From: Magallana gigas
Lineage: Eukaryota
NCBI RefSeq assembly: GCF_963853765.1
Contig: NC_088859.1
Location: forward strand, 29,946,001 to 30,010,000
Length of the DNA: 64,000 nt
Direction of reading: 5' to 3'
This document shows positions 51,701-64,000 of the stretch, piece by piece. Below the pieces are notes generated by a model. That model did no database searches and had not been told where the DNA came from. It worked only from the letters and a program-made list of their open reading frames with translations. Position numbers and translations under genes: made by a program. Position 1 is the first letter of the stretch, and every line of letters begins with the position of its first letter.

Positions 51701-54572
51701 CATTCACTGTTATAAAAAAAATCTATTGACATTTCGTGGGAAGATACTTAAGAACTTGGCATTAACACAAAATTAATGTTATTTAATGCAACGAATGGGA
51801 TAAAGTTATATTACTTTACATGTATTTATCTCATGTTTTATGTGCAAAATCCAATTTCAAAGAGTACTTTTTTCATCTAAAATACAGTTTTACTAGAAAG
51901 TATTGTTTTAATGGGTTGTTTCACTGGTAAAACGACATAATGTGATATTAAAAAACATAGGTAATCAAAGATTACAGAGCTCAACGAGATGATTCATCAT
52001 ATTTATATCATGAAAATCAATCTATATTAAAATATTGTGTGTTATCCTACAATATTGTATCAAATCATATGATACAATATTATATCATACCACATTTAAA
52101 TTTCATAGTGCATTGTACGATACAAAATTTATAAATACACTACTATACTGAGTACAATACAATATTGTATCATATGATGCAACACAATACTGTATCATAT
52201 GATACAATGTTGTATGATATGATGATTTGTGTAAGTGATATTTTATTTTGTTATACTTTCATGTTAAATACTGAAATCTGATTGGTTAAGACGCAGTTAA
52301 TAATATTTACTATTACCCTCAGCGTTAGCAACGCACTTGGCAACGGGTAACATTAAAAAATGTTACATGCGCGAAAATTATGCGCGTACGGTTCGCTGTA
52401 GAATTCACGTTATTCCTATATAAAAGCAGTAAAATTTTCTTAAAATTTTTAAAAAAGATTTTAGCTATGTAAGTTTCTAGAGATCTATGAATCACAATTG
52501 GTTTTCTTAAGAAACAAAGGAAAATTACTCGGTAGATGTAAATAAAAATAAAGAAGATCGATCGATTGAAAATACATTACAATCATACAGTTTAAAAGGT
52601 AATTTTTGCTTAGCTTTTTGCAGCACAAAAAAATTTTCATTCATGCCTTCAAATTTTCTCAAAATCTTGCTGGTACAAAGGACTGTAAATACTGCAGAAT
52701 ATTCAAAGAGTATTTACATCCACTTTTTTCTGGTAAAAAAAAAACCTTAGTACTACTTAACTAATTTATGAACAATTCTGGATCTTAAAAGCATGTTCAA
52801 TAGCAACTTTAAGTGAAATTTGCCCGAAGATGAACAACAGGCCGAATCACCGACGGGTAAAATAAACCGCCTCCAAAAAGACATTTCTAACAAAAAGGTG
52901 TATTTTATTCTTAATTATTCATTTTTTTGTTCAAATACAAATATACTTACAATTCGTAAAATAGAAAGTTAATGTTTAACATTTAACTTTTGGAGTTAAA
53001 GTTTCTAAAACCTTTTCATCGAGAGCGTTCAAAAGTTTTTGCAACATTAAAAGCAACAGAAACGGACAACAGAATTATTTGACTTTTCATCTGTGTTACC
53101 TTTCGATTATTAATGAAGTATTTGTTAATAAAAAATGCTAACTTTATATGTGTTTATATGTGTTACTTAGGAGAGATTTATAGAGGGAGTAAAGATAAGA
53201 CGCTTTTCCGCGTGTTTTTTGTACATATACGGGCAATGAAGAAAGCGTGTAGTGTCAGACAAAATTCATATAATCCAATAAAGCGTGTACACCATCAAAT
53301 GATTTTATATAAATAGTGCCTGTTTGGGAGGGTAACAGTTGAAATTGACACCCCGAGGAAACCATTGTCAACCGACGCGAAGCGGAGGTTGACAATGGTT
53401 TTCGAGGGGTGTCAATTCAACTGTTATCCTCCCATACATGCACTATTTATTTTATTATACTGAATGTCTTGATTTTAGAGATTTTCTTACTGCTTCTATA
53501 TAGAAATGACGTGAATTCCACGGCATTATTTACGCGCATGTAACAATTCGTTGTGTTACCCGTTGCTAAGTGTGTTGCTAACGCTGAGGGTAATAGAACG
53601 GATTATCACCGGGGTCTTAACCAATCAGATTTCAGTATTTAACATGAAAGTATAATTAATACTAATATCATTATACTATTGTATTTTGGTTGAATACATT
53701 GTTAATCTTTGTACTTAAATCTAACGTATACGCAAATACTTGGATATAGTTGTATATGGTTAAAAATTATCCCAAATTAGCCTTTAAAAATGATTTTTAA
53801 TTAAATTGAAACAGAAATTTTTGCATTGTAAATTGACCTTCTTCTCTGATGGGTCAATATGAAATAAATGCATCCTTGAGACATTTCTGCTCGTCGGCGA
53901 TTAAGATTTTATCTCTGTTTTACAGAATATGATTATATAAGATATTTAAAGTAATATAATTATGTGGTTTTTCCAAACTTTCATTCGTTTTTTGCCATTT
54001 GTTTTTACGGATTACTTAAATGGCAAAAAAAATATCAGTCTTTTGTACCGGTCCATATAATAAATGTCTTAAAGGAGATGAATTATTTTTTTGACTTTGA
54101 TAATGCCATTGTCTGAATAAATTTTCGTAATAAAATATCAAAACTTCAATTAGTTTCAAACGAATAGCACATTTCATTATATACTAAAAACACAGAATCT
54201 AAGATATTTTACCGGGTTGATGGATATGGCTTCCTTAAGATAATACACTGTGCCGGTCGTGCTGGAGTCGTTAGCCAGGTCCTCAGGAAAATCCTCGTGA
54301 GTGGCATCGTTTAGAAGACACTGTCGGGTCTTGGACGCAAAGTTGAACGACTGACACCGCGCAGTTCTGTGGCACTCCATCGCACACTGAGTAGCCATGA
54401 ACTTTGTCGAGAAGTTGGAAATCTGGTGGTTCCGAAACTCATGTCCAACGAATGAAAGATTTGAGTTCACATTGAAAGCATAAATTCTGGAATCTCTCTG
54501 TATTTCTGTAATTTGACTAGAAACGCGCGTGAACAGCAGCAAAAATAAAAGAGTTCCCGATGCTGTCTTCAT
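36771..54572 (-). CDS. Large secreted multidomain protein: signal-PAN/apple-EGF-2xTSP1-SRCR-24xTSP1-Caspr/neurexin-IV-type fibrinogen-like domain (33 exons, ~1921 aa)
   Basis: Exons: 54572-54213 (signal, PAN), 51630-51492 (EGF), 51260-51093 and 50993-50826 (TSP1), 50658-50500 and 50183-50043 (SRCR), 49961-49791 (TSP1). Then 22 TSP1 exons of 165 nt starting at 48887, 48636, 48323, 48064, 47810, 47418, 46313, 46051, 45777, 45233, 44961, 44349, 44088, 43563, 43286, 42758, 42518, 42028, 41759, 41278, 40649 and 39889. Then 39331-39155 (TSP1), and 38930-38769, 38573-38148, 36835-36771 (YCDM...HD.E...C.CG...C.CD...W..D.G...IGALQC). The frame is continuous and no TM segment is seen. Confidence 0.9.
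44461..44620. mobile_element. Palindromic MITE-like hairpin element in a TSP1-gene intron
   Basis: Arms taagaaataaacagcaatttaaaaagttcgccgggatagtaagttggtt / aaccaacttcatatcccggagaactttttaacattgctgttaattactta surround a gtgatcaaat...atttgatcac core. Confidence 0.75.
46458..47035. mobile_element. Kolobok-like non-autonomous element in a TSP1-gene intron
   Basis: TIRs aggactaagtgcgg / ccgcacatagtcct. The TSD is degraded. Confidence 0.6.
52248..53655. mobile_element. Two oppositely oriented copies of the Crypton-like element (52248-52445 forward partial; 53303-53655 inverted full) in intron 1 of the TSP1 gene
   Basis: Same arm and hairpin sequences as 2583-3305 and 34531-34890. Confidence 0.8.
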
Positions 54573-55478
54573 TGTTTGGCGTCTCGTCCCTTGTAGGGAC
54601 CTACCTTGAGTAGATTTTCCTAAAAAGTATGTGGTTTTTCTTCTATTGATGACGTATCATCTTCAATTATTTATTTAATTAGTGCTACAGAAAGAAATAA
54701 ACAGTAGGTATAATTGATCGTAAACCTGGACCGTGTTAATTAAATTTTGCGTCAGGGTTTCAGGCAGTGTACAGACTACCAGAGTAAGCCTCCCGTATTG
54801 ACTACCTTTATGCATATTTGATGACTTACTTGGCTTTGTACATTTGCAGGTAAAGGGGTTGTTGTTTCCCAAAGAATCAAAGATTTTTTTACTGCTCAAC
54901 TTGATTGCCATAGGTTTTTCGGTAGTATTTTACCGAAAATCTGGCACTTGCTTTTCTCTTCTCTACATGACAAAAAAGGAATCGAATGAAAGAATCCATC
55001 TATAAACAAGACTTTCAACTCAGTATATCTGTCATATATAATAAACAGGATATACACAGTCGTACATATGTACAATGATACAGGGAAATTTGATTCATCA
55101 TTTATTGAAATAATCAATAAATAAATATCGTTATTGAAATATATTATATGCCTTTTTGTCGCAATAACTGCCCCTGGTGTTATTGATACCATAATAAACG
55201 TTGATCGACAAGAAACTTGCAAGAACGGCCTTTCTTCAGCCATTTTTACCTTCTAGGAAGTAACCCCAACTCCCCAACCCCCTAAAATCTATAAAATATA
55301 TTTGTGCACTGCCTAGACCAAATACAGAGCGGAAATAGAACAGAAAACAGCGCAAAATTTCCTTGATGCGGGAAATTTGTAATACTATTATTTGTATAGA
55401 TTTATTGAAATACGAGCGCGTGAGGTCCGACGGACAAGAAATTATATTGGTGTGGCCCTACAATACTCTGTTTGATTC

Positions 55479-58095
55479 GGTCTTGATCCGGTGTTGTATA
55501 GCAGTTTTTCCCCCATAGTAGCTTTCCCCCCCGGAAAACCTACTATATAGTAGCCTTACCCCCTGGGGGGAAAAGCTACTATATAGTAGCTTTTCCCCCA
55601 TAGTAGGGTTTCTCCCTCACGTTTTTGGTTCAGATTTTATAAAAAATATTTATGGAAATCCAGTAAGGATTAAAATCAATGTTTCTACACTCCCAGGTTG
55701 CATACATGTATATCTGCATTCATCTGTACAGGTTAAGTTTCGTTTTGCCGATTTATTATTTTTATAGACAATGCTGAAAGTTGAACATGTGTGTAATGGA
55801 ATTACACATAGAACTTAATTTAGGTAATTTAAGAAAAGTAATAAAAGTTTTACAAGTTATACACTTATATGCATAATTATGTGTTCTGAAATTGCATCAA
55901 ACGAGAATGTTTTAAGAATTTCTTGATAAATTTATCAGACTGTTTGTCTGTTTTTGAAAACTTCATCAAGGCTATGTAAACCTCTGTTTTAGAGAAATTT
56001 TATTTCCGATGTTTCAGAGCCCGATTTTTAAAATCCTATTATAATAATTATAGTGCATATTCTTTAGGGTCCAATGTCTCATAAACTAGAGATGACCATA
56101 TCACCATATTTTTATAGTGGCAGTGGTTTAGGTGGGGACCCGAATCTCAAATTCTAGAGATGACCAATTAACCATATTTTCACAGTGCTAGAGGTATACC
56201 ACTAGTAGATGACACCGAAAATTTAAGCCCCCATGCAGGGTAGGAGCCTTTGTTGTTTTCGAGGCCGATGTTTGAAATCCAATTATAAAGAATATGTATT
56301 TTTTAGGGCCCCATATCTAAAAAACTATAAATGACCACATGAACATATTTTTACGGTCATTTACAAGTAAAACATCATTTAAAAATACACAATCACTCGT
56401 ATATGTCTTTATCAAAATGATTGAAAATTACGTTTAATTTTGCTGCTTTTTTTTAATTTACGAACAAAATTTTTTAAAACGGTACGCGGGTAAAATTCAT
56501 TATTCTTCAAAACATCTAATCAATTCATAAGATGACTAATGATATACCCGGTAATAAATAATTAGATAAATAAATCAATGAACTTTTATTCATAAAAGGA
56601 GAAACCGAAAATCAAAAAAAATAAAAATAAAATAACCAACCTAAGCGCATATACGACTTTTTTTACTTGTTAGTTGATTAGAAGAACAAGCTTGTATTTA
56701 AAAAAAAGTCAGCTCATCACAATATATGTGTTGGTTGTTTTTTGTTTTTGTTTTGTTTATTTTAATTACCCTTGTTTAATTGTTCGAAGAAATAATATAG
56801 TACACATTGGCAAGTAAATCTTTATTACAAAAATATGAAACAAATAGTATAATTTTTTAGGTAATTGAATCGTATATCTAGATTTATATAGCATCTTTTT
56901 CCAAATTGTATATTTATAAATCACGTTGCAAACTTAAAAGTGGAAAAATTAGCAAATAGTGTGTGACAATATAAACATAAAGTTAGTTCAGGTTCCATTT
57001 CACATTTTCCAAAGTAACCAGGAAAGATACCGACATTGTTCTGGTTGTGAAGACATTTCATTGTTGTTTAAAATGTTTACATCATAATATCTCGCGTTTC
57101 GTAGAAATGTGCTTAAAAATATGAATATGCGTAACTTTAAAACGAAATGGTAAACACTAACTTTAAAAGCATGTGTAAATTTACACATGCTTTTAATACA
57201 TAATTAAAATACCCCTTAACCATGATTTAGAACCCCATCAATCAAAGTAAAACTAAAACATTTCAGTTTCTCATCATATCATTGCACCCTGTCTCCCGTT
57301 TGATATTTAGAAGAACAAATATATAATTGTTTTTAAGATCGTCATTTCTAACAGTATTAATTTAAAATTGAAAGCCTTTTGGACGAAGGGAGAATTACAT
57401 TTCCACTTTTTATTCCCTTCCTCTACAAAATTAAGTCAAGATTGGTCAGTTAGTTCCCTGGGAGAAGCTTATACATTGAATGATGGTAATACATTGGAAA
57501 ATTAATGTGTTCTCACGTGTTCATAACGTCGAAGTCAAAACTGTAGATAAGCATCGATTAGATGAAAAAGATTCGAGGTATTCCGTAATCCGTGTAAACG
57601 GTGTTCCAAAAAGGGGTGAGAACAGGTGAAATAAACGATGATGACACATGCATGTTATGAAGGCGCATGCCTTAGTTCATATTTGGGGTTGAAAAACCAT
57701 GTATTTTATTCTATGTATTAATAAATGCCATAATTATCCTTCTTTGTGAGAAATTAATATCATATCAGTTGTTGCAAATTATTGTCACGAATGGTCCGCA
57801 ATAAACATGGCCGGAAAGTAAAAATGGGGGAAAATCCACTATATAGTAGGTTTTCCGTGGGGGTAATCTGGCTATAAAAAGGGGGAAAGCCCACTATATA
57901 GTCAGCTTTCCGTGGGGGAAAAACTGCTATATAGCCATTTTTCCGGGGGGAAGAACTGCTATATAGCCATTTTTCCGGGGGGAAAGATGGCTAGGGGGAA
58001 AAGGCACTATATAACACCGGCTGAACCTGAATTCGAAAATCACCGTCCAAGTATAAGGCTGGATCCAACTGACGCTGTGATCGTCGACATCATTC
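55479..58095 (+). pseudogene. Orphan lipase exon (GLDPAEPEFENHRPSIRLDPTDAVIVDII) split by the Ginger-like insertion
   Basis: Removing the element and one CCGG copy restores GGT CTT GAT CCG GCT GAA CCT GAA TTC... The acceptor reads CG instead of AG, the conserved HT after DII is lost, and no neighbouring lipase exons were found. Confidence 0.8.
55492..58016. mobile_element. Non-autonomous Ginger1-like DNA transposon (~2.5 kb) with a CCGG target-site duplication
   Basis: Termini TGTTGTATAG...CTATATAACA; exact 4-bp duplication CCGG at 55488-55491 and 58017-58020; subterminal ctactatatagtagctttccccc-type repeats at both ends; no long internal ORF. TGT termini with a CCGG TSD are described for Ginger1. 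Confidence 0.75.
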
Positions 58096-59629
58096 TCCTT
58101 AGTGAATATAATTTTCTTGTAACTACATGTACAGTGGTCATTCTGGCCTCGTGTCTTGCTTGCTTTTAAGGCAGACTCAATTACAGCCTTGCTAAGCTAG
58201 GCCTTGTTTTCGCATTGCTTATATATAATCATTTTAAATGTTAATTGTTTTACATTATCAGTTTACTATGGAACAATTTTTTATAATTATGACAAAAGAT
58301 TATCTTATAGCTAATTGATGAAAACGCCGATGTTGTTTGGGTGTTTTGTTTTTTTTTCAATTCAGTGCTTTATTTTCAACGATGATGTACTGGAATCTAG
58401 CCATTGAATAAAAAAATTATATTTTTACATGGGGAAAATACCATGTAAACAAACAAGTACTTTACACAACCCTAGATCATTCGTAAAAGATGCAGGTTTA
58501 GTTTTTATGTGTTTATATTTGTGCCGTGCCTTGCATCGTGATCCATTTCCCCCCACCATCGTTAACAGGTTTACTTTTTGTTTGAGGGGACAAGCTCTCA
58601 CCGATGGACTACCCGCCACGAATATCAAAAGATCCGCCACATCAATTTGTTAAATCCTTCAAAACTAGCTAGAGACTTGGTCACAGTCTGTCTGTGTTAC
58701 TTGTTGTTCAATGAAAGCACGTTTTTAACAGTCTGTTGTTATTTTTAATTCTTCAAATACTGTAAAATCATTTATATTCGTGGTGGATTCACTTTCGTAG
58801 ATTTCGGTGGCATACGGAAAACTTATCTAAATTTGCACGATAATAAATACACTGAATCATTGGACAAGGTTATTAATTTCCTTCAAAGTCATACTTTTCT
58901 GTGTTTGAAGTTTTCAAAAGTCGAGAATTTTACAGACAAAGTTATAATGAACAATTCTTTACGACAAATAACGACGTATTATATACACCATTGGTGTTGT
59001 AAAACTTATGTCGGCTTTTGGTAAATTCTCTTTTGGCTGGTTGTTTGGGGTTTATTGGTTCAATTTTCGTGGTATTCTAACTGACAAAAACGAAAACAAA
59101 GAGAACACACACCAAATTATTGGTGGCGTAATTGTCATAAATTGAAACATAAAAATTGACCAACCCTTTCCTCTTAGATAAATTATAATCAGAACATGAA
59201 TATTTTTTTCTATAATAAAAAACATCTCGCTTTTTTTTTTATAGTTTTTTTTAAACTCTGTACAGTTATATTGTGTATTAACATAAATAAATATATGGTA
59301 CATGTATTTCGAAAGGATTGACATTTAGAAGGAAATAAAAGATTAAAGGAGTGTGTCGTCTTCTGATAACAAATAGTGCACATTATGACGGCACAGATAG
59401 CAATCCTGTTGACTTTTGTAGGTAAGGATCATCAAAAATTAAGGGAGTAAACCCTGTTTATCAATAAAAGAATAATTCATTCATGATGAAAGATTTTTCT
59501 TAGTTTATTATCATTGATAATATTTATTCGAGCAATTGTGTTTTTAATAGATGGTAGGTATTCTAATTCATTTCATTAAAGAGTTTTAATATTTTTAATT
59601 TAAAGCCCTTGTATGTACGAGTACAACAG

Positions 59630-62170
59630 AAAACCCGTATGAAAACAAAACAGTGTGTTACAAATATGTCGGCTGTTTCAACAACCTCCCTCCGTTTGAC
59701 AACGCTGCTTATGACTTGCCACGCTCGCCCGAGGAGATAGGGACAGAGTTTTTGCTGTTTACACGGAGGAATCCATCAAATCCAGACCGTCTGGATTATG
59801 TATCCCAATCCTCTGTCGTCAGCTCTCATTTCAAGAGCAGTGCCCAGACCAAGATCATTATCCATGGATTCGCTAACACAGTCAAAACCACATGGTTATA
59901 CAAAATGAAACGCGCGCTTTTAACAAAGGTAAAAAAAATGCTTTCTTTACTAGTATATTGCTATCTTCTATTTATTAAAAAATCCAGTATTTCGTTGCAT
60001 ATCAAAAATTTTCAATGACAACAACCATTCTTTGATATATGATTGTATCAACATAGTCTTTATAGGCATTTACCTTTCATAAGAAAATAATTACATTTTT
60101 CGGTGTCTTTGCCTGTGATAATACTCCGTATCGATTTTGTAATATACAGTCCAATAACTTCAAACGACGTATAATTGGGGCGCCAGCGGTGTTTGCCTAT
60201 ATTTAAACATTTACTCGTACAATGACTGAAAATTATATAAATATAAGTAATAAGGACTCATTCTTTGAATATTATGAGGTGATAATTTTGGTCGGGGCGT
60301 GACCAAATCTATCATAAATCCCTTTGGGCTTTAGGCGGCACGGGACAGGTTTTTTTTTGATACAATTCATTGTAGCGTGTCTTCGGAACTCTGTAACTAG
60401 AATTTCATCAGTTCCCATTCAGCACAAATACCTTTAATTCACTCTTTATAAGACCAATCATCAATATCTGAAGAAAATTACTAGTCAAAACCTGTAAAAT
60501 TTACTATTTACTACATACTTGTTTTTATGAGATTTTGACCCTTTCATATTTTGCCAATATTTCATTATTTTTTCAGCTTTTTAGACCCCCCCCCCCCAGC
60601 TAATTCCCTGCAAAGGGTTGACCTTCCGTACCGCGTGCATGTTGCACCATCACATGTCAGAAACTTAGCGGTGTATAGTTTACAATGTCCCATCCACCTA
60701 CTTTTCGTGTTATTTTACCTCCCGTCTGTAACTTGCAATTTCACTGTGTAAAGTCAACACAACAGTCATAGCCGCAGGTTTCGCATTTTACTTCTGATTC
60801 TCATGTACCTAACATATGGGGCCTACATATTGCATATCAATTTCAACAAGAGACACCCCTCTAACTAATGATAATAATTAAAAATCATTTCATGAATTTT
60901 AGCAACACGCATAAGCCTTCAAGTACAGCAACTCTCAATTTTACAAAAATATTGACCAGGTACTTTATCCGAAACTGTCCCTTGCTACCTTATGATACTA
61001 GATTTGATCATTCGGGCTTTATAATAGATTTGATACCTTATCTGACAGCTTGTTTTGATGAGCAAACTAGAAAGTAACATTCCACAGAAAGTGCAAGCTT
61101 TTGTTAAAACGCTTCTATCTCCTCATAATACTCAAAGAATCATTCCTTATTCCTTAAATATTACACACAGTATTTTGTATACTATTATCAAATTGTTCAG
61201 GACGTAATCGCATGAAACAGACATTTTGATTACTTTATCAGAGTAAATTTTAAGTAATTCTTATGACGGCCAACTTAGGCCTTTATTGCGCAATATTCAG
61301 TGCAGCAGAGTGTTTTCTCTACATTGGATTTTTAAATATCGAACTATACACATATCAATTTTCCTTAATACTTATTATACGAAACCTTAATCTACTTTTA
61401 AATCTTTTTAGTACTCCAAAAAAAAATATCAGTGTATTTTTATATTTTGAGATGCTCCCTTTTGAAAACTTATAGTAAAATTATTGCACATAATATCATA
61501 AGTTAAATCATTGCACATAATATAAATACTGTTTCCCAATCCAAGCAAAATGTTTATCGCTGCATTTTTACAATTTGTGTACGTGCCTAAAATGTGATTA
61601 TTTAGTATATAATTCTTAATTAAATGAACCTGTATTTTAAGAGTTCTCTAGGACTATCTAGATAAGGGATTATTGCTGAAACTTTGCAGTTACATAATAT
61701 CGGTGCAATATACATATGATATGAAAATAAAGAGTTTTTGTTGTAGTTGTTACACAAAAAAACCAAAGTCGGTCCCTTAACTACGTTTCACTAAACATAA
61801 TCTAAATATGGGATGAAACAAGCCTTAATTTAATAGTTAATTAACAGCGACCGTGTCGCATCATTCCATTCCTTTTTTGTGCATGAAGCCGATCTTCAAA
61901 ATTAAACATTTGATATGCGTAAGGTATTTCATTGACAGGGAGACTACAACGTAATCGTCGTGGCGTGGGGGGCGGAAGCCGCGGCCCCCGACTACAACCA
62001 GGCCGTCTCCAACACCAGAATGGTGGCCACCCAGACCCGGCTCATCATCGAGGGGCTGGTCCAGGCCGGGGGGAGGCTCGCTGACATCCACCTCATAGGT
62101 CACAGCCTGGGGGCCCACACCGCGGGATCCACGGGCAGACAAGTGGGCGGCAAAATTGGACGAATCACGG
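59630..62170 (+). CDS. Second pancreatic-lipase-like gene, partial (2 exons seen; continues beyond the window)
   Basis: Exon 59630-59928 (TVCYKYVGCF...FLLFTR...IIIHGF...) and exon 61939-62170 (GDYNVIVVAW...GHSLGAHTAG...IGRITG) have canonical sites and are in frame. The signal-peptide exon was not identified. Confidence 0.9.
60248..61152. mobile_element. Hairpin MITE whose two arms are separated by intervening sequence
   Basis: Left arm aataaggactcattctttgaatattatgagg...gaccaaatctatcat (60248-60320); right-arm pieces gggctttataatagatttgat (~61015-61035) and cctcataatactcaaagaatcattccttatt (~61120-61152). A related remnant lies at ~28790-28890. Confidence 0.55.
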
Positions 62171-62314
62171 GTAAGGTGATGACAAGCCAAAACACTAAAA
62201 ATCCCTAGGAATCCTTCGTGCCCAAATAATCGTGTAGTTTGCAAAAGTTGGTTTCAAAACTTAATTAACTCCCCTATATTTTATTCTATAAACAGATAAT
62301 GTGGTCTGATCTGG

Positions 62315-63110
62315 TTTTTGGTTCACCTGAGCTGAAAGCTCAAGTAAGCTTTTCTCATCACTTTCTGTCCGGCGTCCGTCTGTCTGTAAACTTTTTACAA
62401 TTTCGACTTCCTCTCAAGAACCACTGGACCATTTTCAACCAAACTCTGCCCTCTTTAAAGAGAAGTTAATTAGAATTATTGAAAATGTGTTGGTAGTTGT
62501 CGAAAACCTTCTTCTCAATAACCATCTGACAAGAGAAGCTGAATCTTGTGTGGAAACATCCCCAAGTATGGTAGACTGCAACAAGGGGTCCCGTCTTTTC
62601 ATAGAAATATATAGGGTAAATCTTTAAAAAGTTTCTTCTCAAAACCCATATTAGACAGGGAAAACTGAAACTTGTGAGGAAGCATCCTTAGAAAGTTGAG
62701 ATTCAAATTTGTTAAAATCATGATCCCCAGGGGTAGGATGGGGCCACGATGAGGGGTCGGATTTTTGCAGAGGAATATATAGAGTATATCTTTAAAAATA
62801 TTCCTCTTAGAAACCAATCAGGAAGGCTGAACTTGTATGGAAGCATCCTCAGATAGTATAGATTGTAATTTGTTTCAGATCATGATCCCTGGGGACAGGG
62901 TGGGGCCCCAATTGGGGGCGAATTTTTGCATAGGAATATATAGAATAAAATCTTTAAAATTCTTCTACTAAAAACCATTTCCTTAGAAAAGCTGTAACTT
63001 TAGTAAAAGCAACCATAGATAGTGTAGATTCAAATAAGTCAAAATCCTCAGAAGTAGGGCGGGGCCCAATTTCGGGGTCCAATTTCACAAAGGAAAACAT
63101 TTTAAATTGA
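62315..63110 (-). mobile_element. Non-autonomous Helentron carrying Cg170-like ~161-166-bp satellite monomers, in a lipase intron
   Basis: Reverse Helentron end tttttggttcacctgagctgaaagctcaag...gtccggcgtccgtctgtctgtaaac. Monomer anchors gaagcatcc lie at 62679, 62840 and (degenerate) ~63006, with the catgatcccc...ggggccac motif. Confidence 0.8.
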
Positions 63111-63789
63111 TAAAAAAAACTTAAGTACCAGTCCATATTAAATTCAGACAAATGGTGATACATGTAGGTTCTCAGATTATGATGATATTTCACATACTGG
63201 TTTTTTATGGTCCAAATATAGTGTATGTAAAATAAAAATTAAATTCATGAAACGTTGCTATGGAAATCAGTTAAAGATAGTTCCCTTAGCAACGGAGCTG
63301 AATTTGCTCTATGGTTTTGGTATACTATCACCATTTCAGATGTTAAAATTTAATCTTTAAGAATCAATCTGATTAAACAAAATCTGATATCTTAAAGACA
63401 TTATATTATATACTATAATCATCACCAAAATAGATTAAATAGATAAAGGAATTTATTTCTACCGATCCTCAAAAGATAGGTCATTTTCAAATTTTGCTGA
63501 ATCAGCGTTTTAAGCAGTTTTTAGTCAATTTTAATTGAGTAAAGCAAAAAAAGTCAGATAAATATGCATGGTAAGTATATTCAAAATGAATAAATAGGAG
63601 ATGAAATAATTATATCTACTTTTATTTCCGTGGGCTCTTTCTTTAATATGCCCGTTGCTAGGCAACAAAAAATGGTTGTTTTTATACTGAAAATACAAAC
63701 AAATCCCTTTAAGAACACACATTTTAGAAGTTTTACTGCATAAATCAGATAAATGTTATGAAAAGATTTTTTTTCCACCAATTATAATA

Positions 63790-64000
63790 TTTGTAGGAAA
63801 CAAGGTTGTGTTGTGTCCTTGACCCAAGGTCATGTGGACAAGTTCAAGGTCACTTAAATAAAAAGTGTCTGATCCATATATTTCTTTTGGAGTAACATGA
63901 TGATTAGGAATTTCTATATCACACAAAAACTGTTGATGGCCCGAGGTGTGACAAGACCTTGACTCAAGGTCATTTAGATAAGTTCAAGGTCACTTGAAGA
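63790..64000. repeat. ~140-bp satellite-like tandem repeat (ccttgacccaaggtcat motif), truncated by the window end
   Basis: ccttgacccaaggtcatgtggacaagttcaaggtcactt at 63817 and ccttgactcaaggtcatttagataagttcaaggtcactt at 63957. Confidence 0.7.

Noticed and set aside
58429-58653. Possible signal-peptide exon of lipase 2 (AGLVFMCLYLCRA)
   Set aside because: The candidate donor is phase 2 while exon 59630 needs phase 1, and the start codon is unclear.
61861-62244. 127-aa minus-strand ORF
   Set aside because: Antisense shadow of the GC-rich lipase 2 exon.

Overview
AT-rich animal genomic DNA with spliceosomal introns, most likely from an oyster (Crassostrea/Magallana), judged from Helentron/Cg170-like, Kolobok-like and hairpin repeat families. 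No prokaryotic features, rRNA, tRNA or CRISPR array were found. I assembled seven protein-coding loci by hand from GT/AG sites and reading-frame continuity. (1) The 3' end of an SP/TP-rich gene, possibly HURP/DLGAP5-like (+, 76-1562). (2) An intronless profilin (-, 5501-5905). (3) A four-exon, 378-aa secreted precursor that looks like a long-chain class-I helical cytokine (IL-6/Unpaired type), with a furin site and upstream kB-like sites (-, 11807-13670). This is the most interesting object in the window. (4) A type II membrane F-type lectin with a degenerate fucose site (+, 22910-29841). (5) A complete 11-exon pancreatic-lipase-related gene (+, 31738-36127). (6) A 33-exon, ~1921-aa secreted protein with PAN-EGF-TSP1x2-SRCR-TSP1x24-Caspr-type fibrinogen-like domains (-, 36771-54572). 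(7) A second, partial lipase gene (+, 59630 onward). An orphan lipase exon is split by a Ginger1-like transposon with a CCGG target duplication, and many non-autonomous elements and minisatellites are present. All gene models are manual and unverified by transcripts or database searches.
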